DNA of 64,000 nucleotides. Source: Eledone cirrhosa. Lineage: Eukaryota. Positions 37,450-49,497 of this stretch are shown in pieces; position 1 is the stretch's first letter, and each line of letters opens with the position of its first letter. The DNA lies in the NCBI GenBank assembly GCA_964016885.1, contig OZ024749.1:868001-932000 (forward strand). Reading direction: 5' to 3'. The notes beneath the pieces were generated by a model that had not been told where the DNA came from, ran no database searches, and saw only the letters and a program-made list of their open reading frames with translations. A program made the position numbers and the translations under genes.

Positions 37450-39340
37450 AAGTAATAAAAAAAAGGGGGGGGGGGGGGGGGTGAATCTATGCCTAATATT
37501 TTGGCTGCGCACCGCAGAGGCACCTTTCTTAGACTGGCTGCTGACGTTCCGATTTTATGGAGAAGCTTGACAGTATGGTGTCTGAGGGTGCTTGGTCTCA
37601 ACTGGTGCAATGAGGAGTGGTCAGACAAGCCCTGGTGTTTGCTCATCTTCTTGTTCTTTGCATTGTGGGTCGCAGTATCAGGGTTTGTGGCTGAAGAGAC
37701 TAAGTTGGAGGCGAAGAACGTGTGACAACGTGGCTTTCCAGATGAGGGTGTTACCTCCTTCGAATGGGAAGAGGGTAATTCTGTCAGTGCTTGCCATCTC
37801 TGGTTGAGGCCTGCTAGCTCCAGTTGTGATGCAAAACCAGCTGTATTCAGTCTCCTTCTCAATATGTCGTTGAGAATGTCAGTGTGCTCTGGCGGCATGA
37901 CAGTGGGTGCAGGCCAAACTTATCAACGACAGCCCCACAATGACATTTGTGTGACTGACACACCAGAAGGCCGAGGCTGTTCCAATGTGGGTACACTCAT
38001 CATTAAGAAGGGTACTAGTTGATGAAGAGGGCACTGAATTGAGCCACACACCACTGTTTGGCTGTGAAGAGAATTGGAGGTAGGTGAGGCAGTGTTTGTC
38101 CAAACTTGACTCGATCTGCCTCATGTCGTCCCAGTTATGTTGGACGTTTGTATATTGGAGGACAGAGAGGCCTTCGCCTGTCCAGTTGGCCAGAGCCTGC
38201 TCAAGTTCTGGGGCCACATCAGGTTCGGCCATCTTGCTGAGGACCCGAGGGTGCGACTAGAGGAGATTGAGGAGAGGTAGGCCGGTAAAGCTAGATCTGA
38301 AGCGGATTAGAGGCTGAGGTCACTGAAACTAGCTGGGAGCTTCACTTGTTGCCAGCCAGCACTGTCGAAACTGACATTGCAGATGAGTTCTGCACAGTGT
38401 TGGATGACAAGGTGTTCCCTGCAGCATGAACAAAAATTTGGGGAAAGCAAAGCAATTCCTCAAGAGGAAGAGTGCTGTGTGAGCGTCAATGAAGCCCAGT
38501 TTCTCTGCCATTCACAACAGGTCTGCATGCTTGGTCTCCAGGCACTCTCTTAATCGCTTTTGAGGGAATTTGAGAGCCGAGAATGCAGGCGGCGTCTTTA
38601 GGCATTAGCTGAGCCTCAGACAAGACAGGATGGATGTTGAGTATGGCATCATGGAATTCAGCCTCTCCATAGTCAACATTTATTACCAAGGAGTTTTAGA
38701 GCTGGGATGATTAGCCAAAGGTCCTCAACTACTGTCTCAGCCAATCCACCCAGGGTCACATCGTCCAAATAGCAAACGCTGAAGGATAACTGGACAGAGT
38801 GGGCAACAATATTAACTGCTAGCGCAAAGAGGAGTGGACCAAGTTGGTCTCCTTGCTGGACACCTGTAGTAGAAGTAACCTCGTCAGTAGCCATGATTAT
38901 GCGAGAGGTGATCAAGAGGGTAAATTGAGTGGACTCATCTGAGACATGTCTTTAAGATGTGATCCTGCTTAACGCTGTTGAAGGTGTTTCTCATGTCCAG
39001 CTTCTCAAGGTGATGAAGGAAGCACGTGCTCTATAAAGTGTCTGGCCACATGAACTGCAGCCTCACATCTGCACTTGATTCCCACTCCGAGCTGAACAGG
39101 GCTTATCAGTCAGGTTGTCTTTGACTGACTTACAAGCTATCTTGGCTGCAAGTCATTGGAAGACATTGCCCACTGTGATGAGGTGGATGCCTCCATCATC
39201 TGCCTCCTTCCCTCAGGCTCTCTGCCATCGGGTTCCCAAGTGGAGGGTCGCAAAACTGAACAGTTTAGTCCAGTTTTGCGGGCCACATGAGTCAAGTGCT
39301 CGATTGATGGATGATGCTAGCGAGGCCAGTTTCAGATAGT
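37450..39340 (-). mobile_element. CRE-like non-LTR retrotransposon (RT plus restriction-like endonuclease), degenerate
   Basis: GVQQGDQLGPLLFAL, YLDDVTLG, ALFLLRNCF, WLNSVPSS and H..LNDILRR.L..AG..S.LE..GL motifs. Confidence 0.75.
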
Positions 39341-39713
39341 TTCATATCAAAAGGCTTTAAAAAAATAGAAAAGAAAAGTAGAAAAAAAAAAGGGAATCGA
39401 GAAAGAAGTGCAAAGATTCAGAGAAATATGGTTTATATGCATTAGCGGAGTTTATTCGTGGCAATGTTTACAAGAATCAGACTATCATGGATTGTTGTCA
39501 TCTCACAGCTCTTTTCTGGGATTAAAGAGTTTAAAATAAAACAACTAAAACAACATAAACAAAAACAAATGAACAGATAATGAAGAATCAATAAATCATG
39601 GAAACAGAATCAGATATGGATTAATGGTGGTGGTGGTGGTTGTGGTAGTGGTGGGAAGAAGAAGAAGAATATGTATATATATTGGAAAATGTGAGATCCT
39701 TGGTACAGTTAGG

Positions 39714-39889
39714 TATATTTGAAAAAAAGGAAAAGAATGACTTCACTTATAGTGTTAAAAAATTTTTGATTTAATTTTATAATATTATGAGTTGGTAATC
39801 CTGTCTACGAACTCATAATATTATAAAATTAAATCAAAACTTTTTTAACACTATAAGTGAAGTCATTCTTTTCCTATTTTTCAAATATA
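39714..39889. repeat. TA-flanked palindrome (about 80-bp arms)
   Basis: TATATTTGAAAA...TATAATATTATGAGTT / AACTCATAATATTATA...TTTTCAAATATA. Confidence 0.9.
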
Positions 39890-40029
39890 TATATATAGAG
39901 AGAGAGAACATAGAATGTCATTTAAAAAAGTGTTTATGAATAATAATAATAATAAAGACAAAGATGATCCCCATCTAGGACGTTAGTCTTTGTCACGTTG
40001 ACAAAGACTAAGGTCTAGTCAGTAGATGG

Positions 40030-41175
40030 GAAAACAGAGCCCTGATCCCCTCATGGAAATGGCCTTGCTCAGTGTGTAGGAAAGGCATAGGTAGAAATTC
40101 CATCTTCTGTCCCAAATGCAACTATGGGTACACAAGAGGTGTAGTGGGATCTCATGCAGGTTAGTTAAGAATGTAAGTTTTTATATGTGGCTGTTACACA
40201 GGAGCAGTAAACAGCAAATGATCACAAGAAACAAGCACTATCAAATTTTTGGAAGGTTCTGTCGAAGCGGTAGACAGCTTCTGCTATTTGGGTGAGGTGG
40301 AGGTGGGTCCTCCGAAAGTACAGAAGCCAGAGTAAGAATGGGATGGAAAAAGTTCAGAGAGCTACTACCACTACTGGCTACAAAAGGCCTTTCCCTCAAA
40401 ATGAAAGGCAGACTGTATGATGTGTGTATAAGAACAGCTATGTTGCATAGTAGTAAGGCCTGGGCGATGAGAAAATTGGAAAGAATGGAAGCTTGCATTC
40501 CTAGATGGATGTATAATAGTAATATACATAAACAGCAAAGCATAAATGAACTGGGAGAGAAACCAGGCATAAGAGGAATTAGATGCAATGTGCAGGAGAG
40601 GAGATTGCATTCGTATGGTTATGTGATGTGTATGAAGGATGACAACTGTATAAAACATGTGCTGAATGCTCAAAGTTGATGGAAGCTATGGTGTAGGAAG
40701 ACCCAGGAAGACATGGGACGAGGTGATAAAAGCTGACCTTGCACACCTCTCAAAGGCAATGGCACAAGACCAAGATCTCTAGCATTATGCAGTAATACAG
40801 AAGACCCACTTTCTCATGTGCACAGATTGAAGTATTCATCTAGTATGCATCACCTTCCTCTTCACCCCTTCCATAGACCTGCCATGTCCTAACGCTTCAC
40901 CCCCTCACACACATCCTTAGATCTACCTCCCCAATCCCCACACTCCTCTCCCATCAAAGTCCCCAGCCTACACTAGTGGTCATGTAGATGTCACAACAAA
41001 AAGCACCCAGCCCACATTGTAAAGTGGTTGTGTAGGCATCATGACAAAAAGCACCCAGCACTCACTGTAAATGGGGTTGGTGTTAGGGAGGGCATCCAGC
41101 TGTAGAAATCAAGCCAGAATCAGTTCCCGTCCCACCCTTGCAAGCAGGGAAAAAGCAGACGTAAAATGATGATGA
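40030..41175 (+). mobile_element. Degenerate 3' part of the same PHD-containing RTE family
   Basis: KWPCSVCRKGIGRNS, GWKKFRELLPLL and GRPRKTW motifs, followed by the RTE 3' tail. Confidence 0.9.
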
Positions 41176-41389
41176 TATATATATTAGGACATATCATCAT
41201 CATCATTGTTTAACGTCTATCTTCCACGCTAGAAAGAATGATCCACATGGCTAAGATCTTAAAATATTAATTTTAAAAAAGTTGGCCAAAGAACGGAAAA
41301 ACAGCTGAAACACGAGACAGGCCCTTCTCAGTCAACCTCTGGAGGTTCTAAATCAGAAGTTAGCTGATAGAGGGGGATAGATAGCTAGA

Positions 41390-44300
41390 TTTCTTTATTA
41401 GCCACAAGGGCGCACAAGTAAAGGGGCCAAAACAAAGACATGCCAGGGATTTTACATACAATTGTGCAAAAAAATATGAAACAAACAATTATAACAATCG
41501 AAATCCCCAATAGGGGGGAGGCGCCACAAATGGGTTGTTTAATACCCCGTTGATAGAACAACCCTCAACTTCAGGAGCGTGTTGTGCAAGTGCTCCTTTC
41601 TTCCTTTTGTTCTCTTCTTCAACCTACAGGTTTATATACAGAGAAGGCCCAAAAACTCGGGCCATTTTTGCCACATTCACCCATCTTTCAGTAAATTTAC
41701 TGGGGTGCAGTGCCTCTCTCTCCACTCTGATTCTCCTTCTAAAGTGGTATCTAAAGAAGGGAATGAGTTGTTGTCTGGAGAGAAAGGCATCTGTCCTCAG
41801 TCCTCTCAATCTCGTCCACCATAGCCACTATACAGAGGAAACCCGCCTCTCTTTCGTTTTTTAAAGAAGTTGGCCGTTTGATCCTTACTATGGACTTGGC
41901 AGTCAACTGGATTTGTCCCATACGTGACAGCAGTTGTTCCACGTAGTTCCACAGGTCAGTTACGCCCGGGCAGTGTACAATTGCATGCAGGACGGTTTCA
42001 ATGTCCTGCTCGCATCTTGGAAGGATCCCTGCCGGGGCATCCATGTCTGTAGATCTTGTCACGAACTGGTAGAACTCCTCGGTAGCACTGCCAGGCCAGG
42101 GACCTCTGGAAGTTGTCCATAGGTCCCGGGTGAAAGGTCCTACCAAACAGACTGGTGAGTTCGTCGTCTTCGACGCCTAGGGTCTCTCCGAGCACGTCGT
42201 TGCCCTTGTAACGTTCAATCCCTCTATAGAATGTCGAAGTGGAGTCTCCACTGATTGCCGTGCCCGCTTGACAGAGGACTGTGAGCGCCTGAGTACCAAG
42301 CGCCCATCGTTTTCGGTCTTTTCTTGACCCTGGACTGCAGCTCCGTCAGCGAGACAAGTTGCGGGAAGACCTGTCTCACAAACGGTGCCCACACTGGTTG
42401 GGGGTCGGTGAGGAATACCTGTAGATACCGTAGCGTCAGCGTATGCTTGCGCATCATCAGCCACGGCATTCCCAGCCCTCCGTTGGAAGGGTGCTGACAG
42501 CAGACGGATCTCCTCGCCAGTGGAGCCTGCTTCTCCCAAAGGAAATGGAAGAGCATGCGTTCCATCTTGGTGAGGTGTTCACGGGGACAAGGCACGACGG
42601 TCAAGCGGTAGTAGATGACGGATGCTATGAAAGTGTTCGCTACCTCCGCTTGACCTTTCAAGGATAGTTTGCACTCTGCCCACTTCTGGGTAAGCGCAAA
42701 TACCTTGGCCGTGACCTCATTCCAGTTTTTCTCCACCTGGAGGTCCGGAACAAACCAGATCCCGAGCAATTTCACCAGTCCGTCCATCCAACGTCCAATG
42801 ATGCTGTCGAATGGCATCGGTTTGCCTCTCCACGTTCCGAGTTGCAAACCGACAGACCTGTCCGGGTTCAGTTTTGCTCCAGTGAGCCTTTCGTATTCCT
42901 GCAGTAAGTTGCCTATCGCCCCGACTTCGGAGGCTTCCGACACCATTACTGTCACGTCGTCGGCATAAGCCAACACCGCTTTCTGCAGTCTTGGTTCCAA
43001 TGGAATGCCCTGCAGCAGCTCCAACTTCTGCAGCAGTGGCTCTAGAGTCAGCAAGTACAGAATGGAGGAGAGAGGGCATCCCTGTCAGATGGAACGCGTG
43101 ATTATAAATGGCTCCAATAGGTAGCCGTTCACCTTGACCATCGAGCAGATGTTGGTGTGCATTGCGGTGATCCAGTCTCTGATGATGGGTCCGAAACCGG
43201 CCGCCTTGAGAACCGCTTCCAAGTATCGATGGTTCCCTATCGAATGCCTTAGATTTATCTAAATTGATCAGAGCCCCACCGAAACCGGGTTTACACCCCA
43301 CCCTCTCTATGATGTATTGTCGTGTATGGACCTGGTTGGGATTGCACATGTTTGCGCTTTCCCTACCAGGTTCTTGACGACAAGCGGCAACCTCATTGCC
43401 AACACCTTGGCCAAAATCTTTAACTCTGTGTTGAACAGAGTTATGGGCCTAAAGTTGCTTAGTTTGTCCCCCTTTTTCTCGTCTTTCCTGATCAGCGTTA
43501 CTACGCCCCTGCCTGCAGAACTGGGAATTTTCCCGTTCTGCTGCCAGTTGCAGTAGACGGCCTCGAGGACGCCAGAGAACAAGTCCGGCATGCCTATGTA
43601 AAACTCATAGGGTAGACCATCTAGACCGGGTGATTTGCGTTTCCCGCAGCGGCCCAGAGCGGCCCGTATCTCAGTGGCTGTGATCGGTCTTTCGCAGAAC
43701 TCGGCGTCCATACTCAAGAGACGTGGCAGGCCGTGGAGGTATGAACCGAAGTCCATTGCCCCGTTCGATGCACCGCCACTCTGCTCGAACAGTTGCACAA
43801 AGTGCCGCGCACATCTGCTTGGGGTCAAGTAGCACGCGTCCGTTTTGGTCTTTCAAAGACCGAATCGAGGACTTGTTGCCACTTTTCACCTCTGCCACTC
43901 GGGCCCAGCTAACAGCTTTCGCTCCCTCGTTTCCTAGAGCATGTGATTTACTTCTGACCACGCAGCCTTCGTGTTTCGCGTCGAAGAACTGGTCCAATGC
44001 TGTTCTCGTTGCTAGCACTCTAGCTACGTTGCCACTCCTAAGCGCCTCCTCTACCTTAGTTACTAGTTCCATTTCTGTTTTGTTTCTTTCTAAGGATAAT
44101 TCTCTGCTAAAGTCTATCGACTCTACTCTAATTCCTTTCTTGAGGGAGTACCACCATCTATTATTGGCGATGGCTCCCGTCAATTGTTGCTTAACTAATC
44201 TACTTATCCGTTCACTGAAGGCTTTACGTGTCAGTAGCGGCACGTTCAGCTTCCAGTATCTGGGTCCTTGTCTATGTATTCTATCTCAGTTGACTATGCA

Positions 44301-46940
44301 GACGACTAGTTTGTGGTCTGAATAGGCAACCATGTGCATTTGTGGACAGCTTAACATCTTGTCCTTCTCTCTAATTAAAAATCTATCTAAATACGATCTA
44401 GATGTCCCGCTGCGGTTTGCCTACGTCTACTGTGGTGCAGTCGGGAAATCTAGTCGATATCTATCGGCCAGTTGGAATTGACCGATTAAATTTTTGAGGC
44501 TGTTGTAACCACCTCTACTGGGACATGCTCCCACATAGTCCCATCTTGCATCTAGGATACCATTCCAGTCCCCCACTAAAAGTAAGGAGCGAGATGTTCC
44601 CAGAAAAGACTCTAGACACTTAAAGAAGTCCGGCCGCGATTGTGATTGCCCAGTCGGGGGCATAAACGGCCACCAGTTTGAAGGCTCCACCTCCAATACT
44701 GTTCACATCTAGGACTACCAGTCTACCCTCCGAGTCCAAGTGTACTTGCTGTACTTCGAGGTCCAGGTTTTTCCGAAACATGACAGCCACTCCCCTCCAC
44801 CTCCTGGCTGACAGAGAGATGCGTAGATCTCAAAGTCATTGAAGATGGGGTTAGTTGCTGCCTGTTGTGGAACCTGGACTCGGTGATGGCTATCACATCC
44901 ATACCGTGTGACCTAAGGTCGTTTAAAAGTTGGCCCTGTTCCCATGGCATCCCTAGGCCATGCATATTCACGCTTCCAACTCGTAAATTAGCTATGTTGG
45001 TGGAGAAGAGTTGGCGAAAAAGGACGAAAAGGTGCACTTACCTTTTCGTTTTCTGGAGATCGGGTTGTTCAATCTCCATTTGGGTGCTGGTGTGGGTGTT
45101 GGGTGGGGTGGTAAACCATTTTAACACAACGCGGTTTATGGGTTTTTGACAGTGGTTGCCCACGTCCTGCGAAAATTGTTTTTAGTTCGCTATATGTTTT
45201 CATAGAAACCCTTATAAGTTTAAGGTGTGGAGACGATTCTGCTTTGACAAAAGTTTTGCCCTCCGTCTCCACCTTGGGGTTTTGGGAGATGACCTCCATC
45301 AAACTCTTGTTGTTTGTGTTGATGTATGTGTATTGTTGTTTGTGTTTTTGTTGTGTTGTTCGTCCGGGAGTTTTCTTTTTATGGTGGGTGCTTGTGTTTG
45401 GGGTGGTGTTGATGTTGGTTTTGCTGGTAGGGGGATGTTTGACTGTGGTGTTGTTTGTGTCTGTTGTTGTGTGTTGGTGATTGGAGTTTTGTGGTGTCTC
45501 TTTTTTTGTTTTTTAGATTTCCGCAGCTCTCCCTCTTCTTCACTTAAAGAAGGAGAAGCAGCCTCATCTGTCGATGAATAATCGTCAGGAGTGTGGGGTA
45601 GGGGTTTGTTCTGTGGTGGTGGTGTTTCAGTGTGTGTGTTAGTGGTAGTGTTTGATGGAGTGGGATGGGGTGGGGCTGTGTTCTTCAGGGGTGTTGTCTC
45701 TTTTTTCTGTTGTTGTTGGTTGAGTGGCTGTTTGTTTTGGTTTGGTTGCTCGTTTCGTCTGTTGTTGTACTTGTGGTGGTGGTGGTGGTTGTTTTGGTGT
45801 TGGTAATAGTGTTTTTTTAATGATGTTGTTGTGGTATGTTTGTGAAGGACAGGAGGCTTTTAGGTCTGCTGTGCTACCACAGCAAAAGCAATGAAATTTA
45901 CGCCCTTCTACCGAAATGTTTATTTTGTTGTTGTCGCCGATGATGACTTTTTCGGGTATTTTGGAGATTCTGTCCGGCTTCATTTGCATCAGAATCTCCA
46001 AATCAGTACCCGCCCACCTTTGTCTAATAGACTTTTGTATCGAAAGAATCATATCAGTCTCTGGATCTACGAAGCCAGCCAAAATCCACCAGATGTTAAT
46101 GTTTGGTGGTATATTTTTTATTTTTAGTGTCCTTTTTTCCCATGTATGTAGGGAAAAAGGTGAAATCTTTTGACACCATTGGTGTCACAGAATGTTTTGG
46201 GGTGAGTGCCTCGCTTTTAAACAGTACGGAAACACTTCCGTACTGTTTTCCTCGTTGGAGAAAGTCAATATTTGCTAGAATTTCCTTCAAGTTGGCTTCT
46301 ATATCTCCTTGACTAACAAATATCGGCTTTCTCGTTGTATTGGATAGTCCTGAAGGTCACTGTCCTTCGAACTGTCTCTTCTTTTATTTCGAGGGGTGAG
46401 TTAATTCTAAACCCACCCTTGTCTTCGAAAGTTACAAATTTTCTCCCTTGCTGTAGCATATCTCTTGCATTGGAGATGTCAAGATTTATAAAATCTTGTT
46501 TTTTGTTCAGTTTCAGCGAAAGACATTTTCTTTTTTTGTGTGGTGTTGCTGTTGTTGTTGTTGTTGTTATCATTGTTAGCCTCGGTGTTGGAAATCTCAA
46601 TTCCTTGACGAGGTGAAACTTTATGTGTAGATGTACCTGTGGAGTTGTAGATGTTGTCTTTTTCATGTGTATGTATGTTAATAGGTTTAATTCCTGTGTT
46701 TTATTGTTATTTTTCTCCGCTTCGATGGTAGAAATTTAAAAATCTTCAAGTGGTATTTTTTTCTCTTTGTTGACAGTCATATCTATGGTGACGTCCATAG
46801 TAGCAGAAGTAGATATAACGTTAATATCTGCCTCTTTCCCTCTCTCGACGTTCTCTAGCGTTCTTTTCAAGTTATTCATGTTTTATAGTTGGCAAAATAT
46901 AGTTGGTATAAATTTACAAAAAATCTTACCGGCGATGTTC
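41390..46940 (-). mobile_element. Tx1/L1-clade LINE, apparently full-length, frameshifted
   Basis: ORF1 from the ATG at 46879 with a CFCCGS knuckle remnant. ORF2 has endonuclease motifs (SVN.HGL, AITES, VGDWN), RT motifs (KSPGLDGLPYEFY, NFRPITL, D.SKAFD, AYADDVT) and a C-terminal CPRC..ETVLHA..HC-type motif. AATAAA lies at the 3' end. Confidence 0.9.
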
Positions 46941-46995
46941 CACGAAGTCGTAGACTAATATTCTATTAGGTGGTTCATGGAGACGTTCTCTGGCA

Positions 46996-47520
46996 ATGAA
47001 CGTAAAAAACAAAGATAATACATCATTAGAGCGGTCAGAACAATTGCACGCAAAGACAAAACCACGTAAATGGTATAACTGTAATTGTAGGAATCGGGTT
47101 GACTGCCCCCTATCCAGGAAATACCTCTCTAATAACATTGTCTACAAATGTAAGGTTGTAACACCCACGTCCCGTAGGGCCTACATAGGGTTAACCGCCA
47201 ATAGATTCAAACAGCGTCTTTACATGCATACCCATTCTTTTCTTAACCCTTTAAGAAGGAATATGACGTCACTTTCAGCTTATATCTGGAGTCTAAAAGA
47301 CAACCACACCCAATATAAGTTACACTGGGAGATCCTAGCTAAGGCTAGATCGTATAATGGAAATAAAAGACCATGTGACCTCTGCACCGCTGAGGCCCTG
47401 GAAATACTCTACGCCAAAGACCACATCTTAAACAAAAAATCTGAGGCAATTTCGGCTTGTAAACATAAAGTGCACAAAACTTTCCTGTATTACAGCTCCA
47501 CATTATACCCTAACAGATAG
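46996..47520 (+). CDS. GIY-YIG endonuclease domain of a Penelope-like element
   Basis: CNCRNRVDCPL (CxCx5C), IVYKC...YIGLT..FKQR..H..SF, TSLS.YIW.LK, CDLC..E and LNKKSE...C.H motifs. Confidence 0.9.
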   Translation: MNVKNKDNTSLERSEQLHAKTKPRKWYNCNCRNRVDCPLSRKYLSNNIVYKCKVVTPTSRRAYIGLTANRFKQRLYMHTHSFLNPLRRNMTSLSAYIWSLKDNHTQYKLHWEILAKARSYNGNKRPCDLCTAEALEILYAKDHILNKKSEAISACKHKVHKTFLYYSSTLYPNR

Positions 47521-48494
47521 TACGAACTATACGTGGATATTTTACATCTTGATGTGGTAGCTAAGTATGTTATGTTTATACCATTACTTTTTTGTATAGG
47601 TAAGTATATATTACCTGTATGTTTTGTGAAGGTACGTATACTTTCTCGTACGTATATTTGCTTGTATATGTTATGGCGTATATATTATATTATATATACT
47701 GGAACACGTGTATTTGGTTATGTGTATACGTGAGTTTTGCGTCTGTGTGAGTATGCGGGTTCGTACGTATGTAGGGTGTGTGTATATGTGTACTTTGTGT
47801 TTTGGTTGACGTACGTCTGCGAATATATGTGTATTTACATGTAGGTATGTGTGTGCGCGCGTTATTTATTTATATACGTTTATTTAATTATATGTATACA
47901 CGCACACACACATATATATATTTTTATGTGTATTTGGTGTATACGTTCGTATGTGTTCGGGTACAGGTGTTGCGTGGGTTCTGTATGTGCGTGCGGGTTT
48001 TTTTGTGTACGTGTTTGTATTTGTATACCTATGGCGAGTGTTTTTGCGTATGCTTGTGTATGTACGTATATGGATGCGTGTATGTATTTATTTAATTTCA
48101 ATTACCTCTGTATTTTATTTCCTTTATTTACTCTGAAGCCGAGAATCATTCGGTTTCCTAGATAGAATTTTAGTCTACGACTTCAGTTATACCATTTACG
48201 TGGTTTTGTCTTTGCGTGCAATTGTTCTGACCGCTCCACATAATGATGTATTATCTTCGTTTTTTCCGTTCATTGCCAGAGAACGTCTCCATGAACCACC
48301 TAATAGAATATTAGTATACGACTTCATTTATACCATAAACGTGGTTCTGTCTTTGCGTTTAATTGTTTTCATCGCTCCAAATAATGACGTATTATATTCG
48401 TTTTTTCCCGCTCTTTGCCAGGGAACGTTTCCACGAACCAAATTATTGTCTTCCTCCGGTTGCAAGGTTTTTTGAAATATTTACTTCTGCATTC

Positions 48495-48570
48495 ACAGAT
48501 TGACTTTTTTAGTTTCAGAAGATCCCGTTAAGGGTGAAAGCAGAGATTCTTTGCTTAAACTTTAATCTGT
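48495..48570 (+). ncRNA. Hammerhead-like fold with CAGAAGA core (second copy)
   Basis: AGTTT-CAGAAGA-tCCCgttaaGGGt-GAA-AGCAGAG..CTTTGCT-T-AAACT. Confidence 0.45.
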
Positions 48571-48909
48571 TATTTTAATAAATATTTGCTCTATGGTTCT
48601 TATATATCTGATATATATTTATCCTTATCGAGCCCTCTTTGGATTTTAGTCTTCAAATTTATTATTATTGCTATATATATATATATACATACATATATGG
48701 TGGCTGCCAACTCATTTTCGAGTACGGCCACTACTTTATATCCATGTTGGATAACCCCTACCGATGCGCTGAACGAGTGTGGCTTTTTAGTCCAGCCAGC
48801 GACTTGAAAACTCTGGTACAAACACTACACTTGTGACAATTATTGACACCTAGTGCTGAGCCAAGGTGTCGTGTGAGATCACTACTCGACCTGCATACCC
48901 TTCCACAAA

Positions 48910-49470
48910 CATCACGTCGTCGTCTGATGAACACTTATAGCTCCACAGGAGCCTGCTTCCCTGTTCTTGTGCACTCTCTGGTGACTCTTTAGACTTGCCA
49001 TGCTCAGACAAACCCTATTACAGGTCTCACATGTCAGGTCAGGCCGTCTGTCAGTGCCTTCGGGAAGGCCAACATGGATTCCTTTCCGGACATCTCTTTT
49101 TAGTGTTGCGTGCCTCCTTCTTGTTTCCTCAAATAGACTCTTGCCACTAGCCACTGCTTTCTTCCAATGCGATCGGTCGCTAGCACATGCTTCCCAGTGC
49201 TCACAAGGGATGTTACTTTTCTTGAGCCCCCTTGATGCAGTCCTTCAAGCGCATCTTGGGTTTGCTCGCGTTCCTTTTTACCATTTGGAGTTCGCCATAA
49301 AGCAGCTGCTTCGGCATTTGCTTGTCATTCATCCTTACAAGATGGCCTGTCCAGCGCAGCTGATGTTTCAAAATCAAGGACTCGACACTATCACAGCCAC
49401 TTCCTTCTGTCCAGAACCTCGACGTCACTGACAAACATTTGCCAAGTTATGCCGAGGATCCGACGTAAGC
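48910..49470 (-). pseudogene. RTE LINE C-terminal fragment with C2H2 finger
   Basis: QLRWTGHLVRM...PKQLLYGEL and CETCNRVCLS..SLKSHQRVH. Confidence 0.85.
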
Positions 49471-49497
49471 AGTATATATACATACATATATATATAC

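Larger units (their letters stand above)
46944..48690 (+). mobile_element. 5'-truncated Penelope-like element (Naiad type): GIY-YIG domain plus long 3' pseudo-LTR
   Basis: GIY-YIG ORF, (TG/TA)-rich spacer, about 140-bp tandem units, hammerhead-like fold and (TA)n end. Confidence 0.85.

Noticed and set aside
41230-41385. 5' UTR of a second Tx1 in tandem with the full-length copy
   Set aside because: Only a short TTTG(G)CCAACT...ATG resemblance to 46877-46900, which is insufficient.
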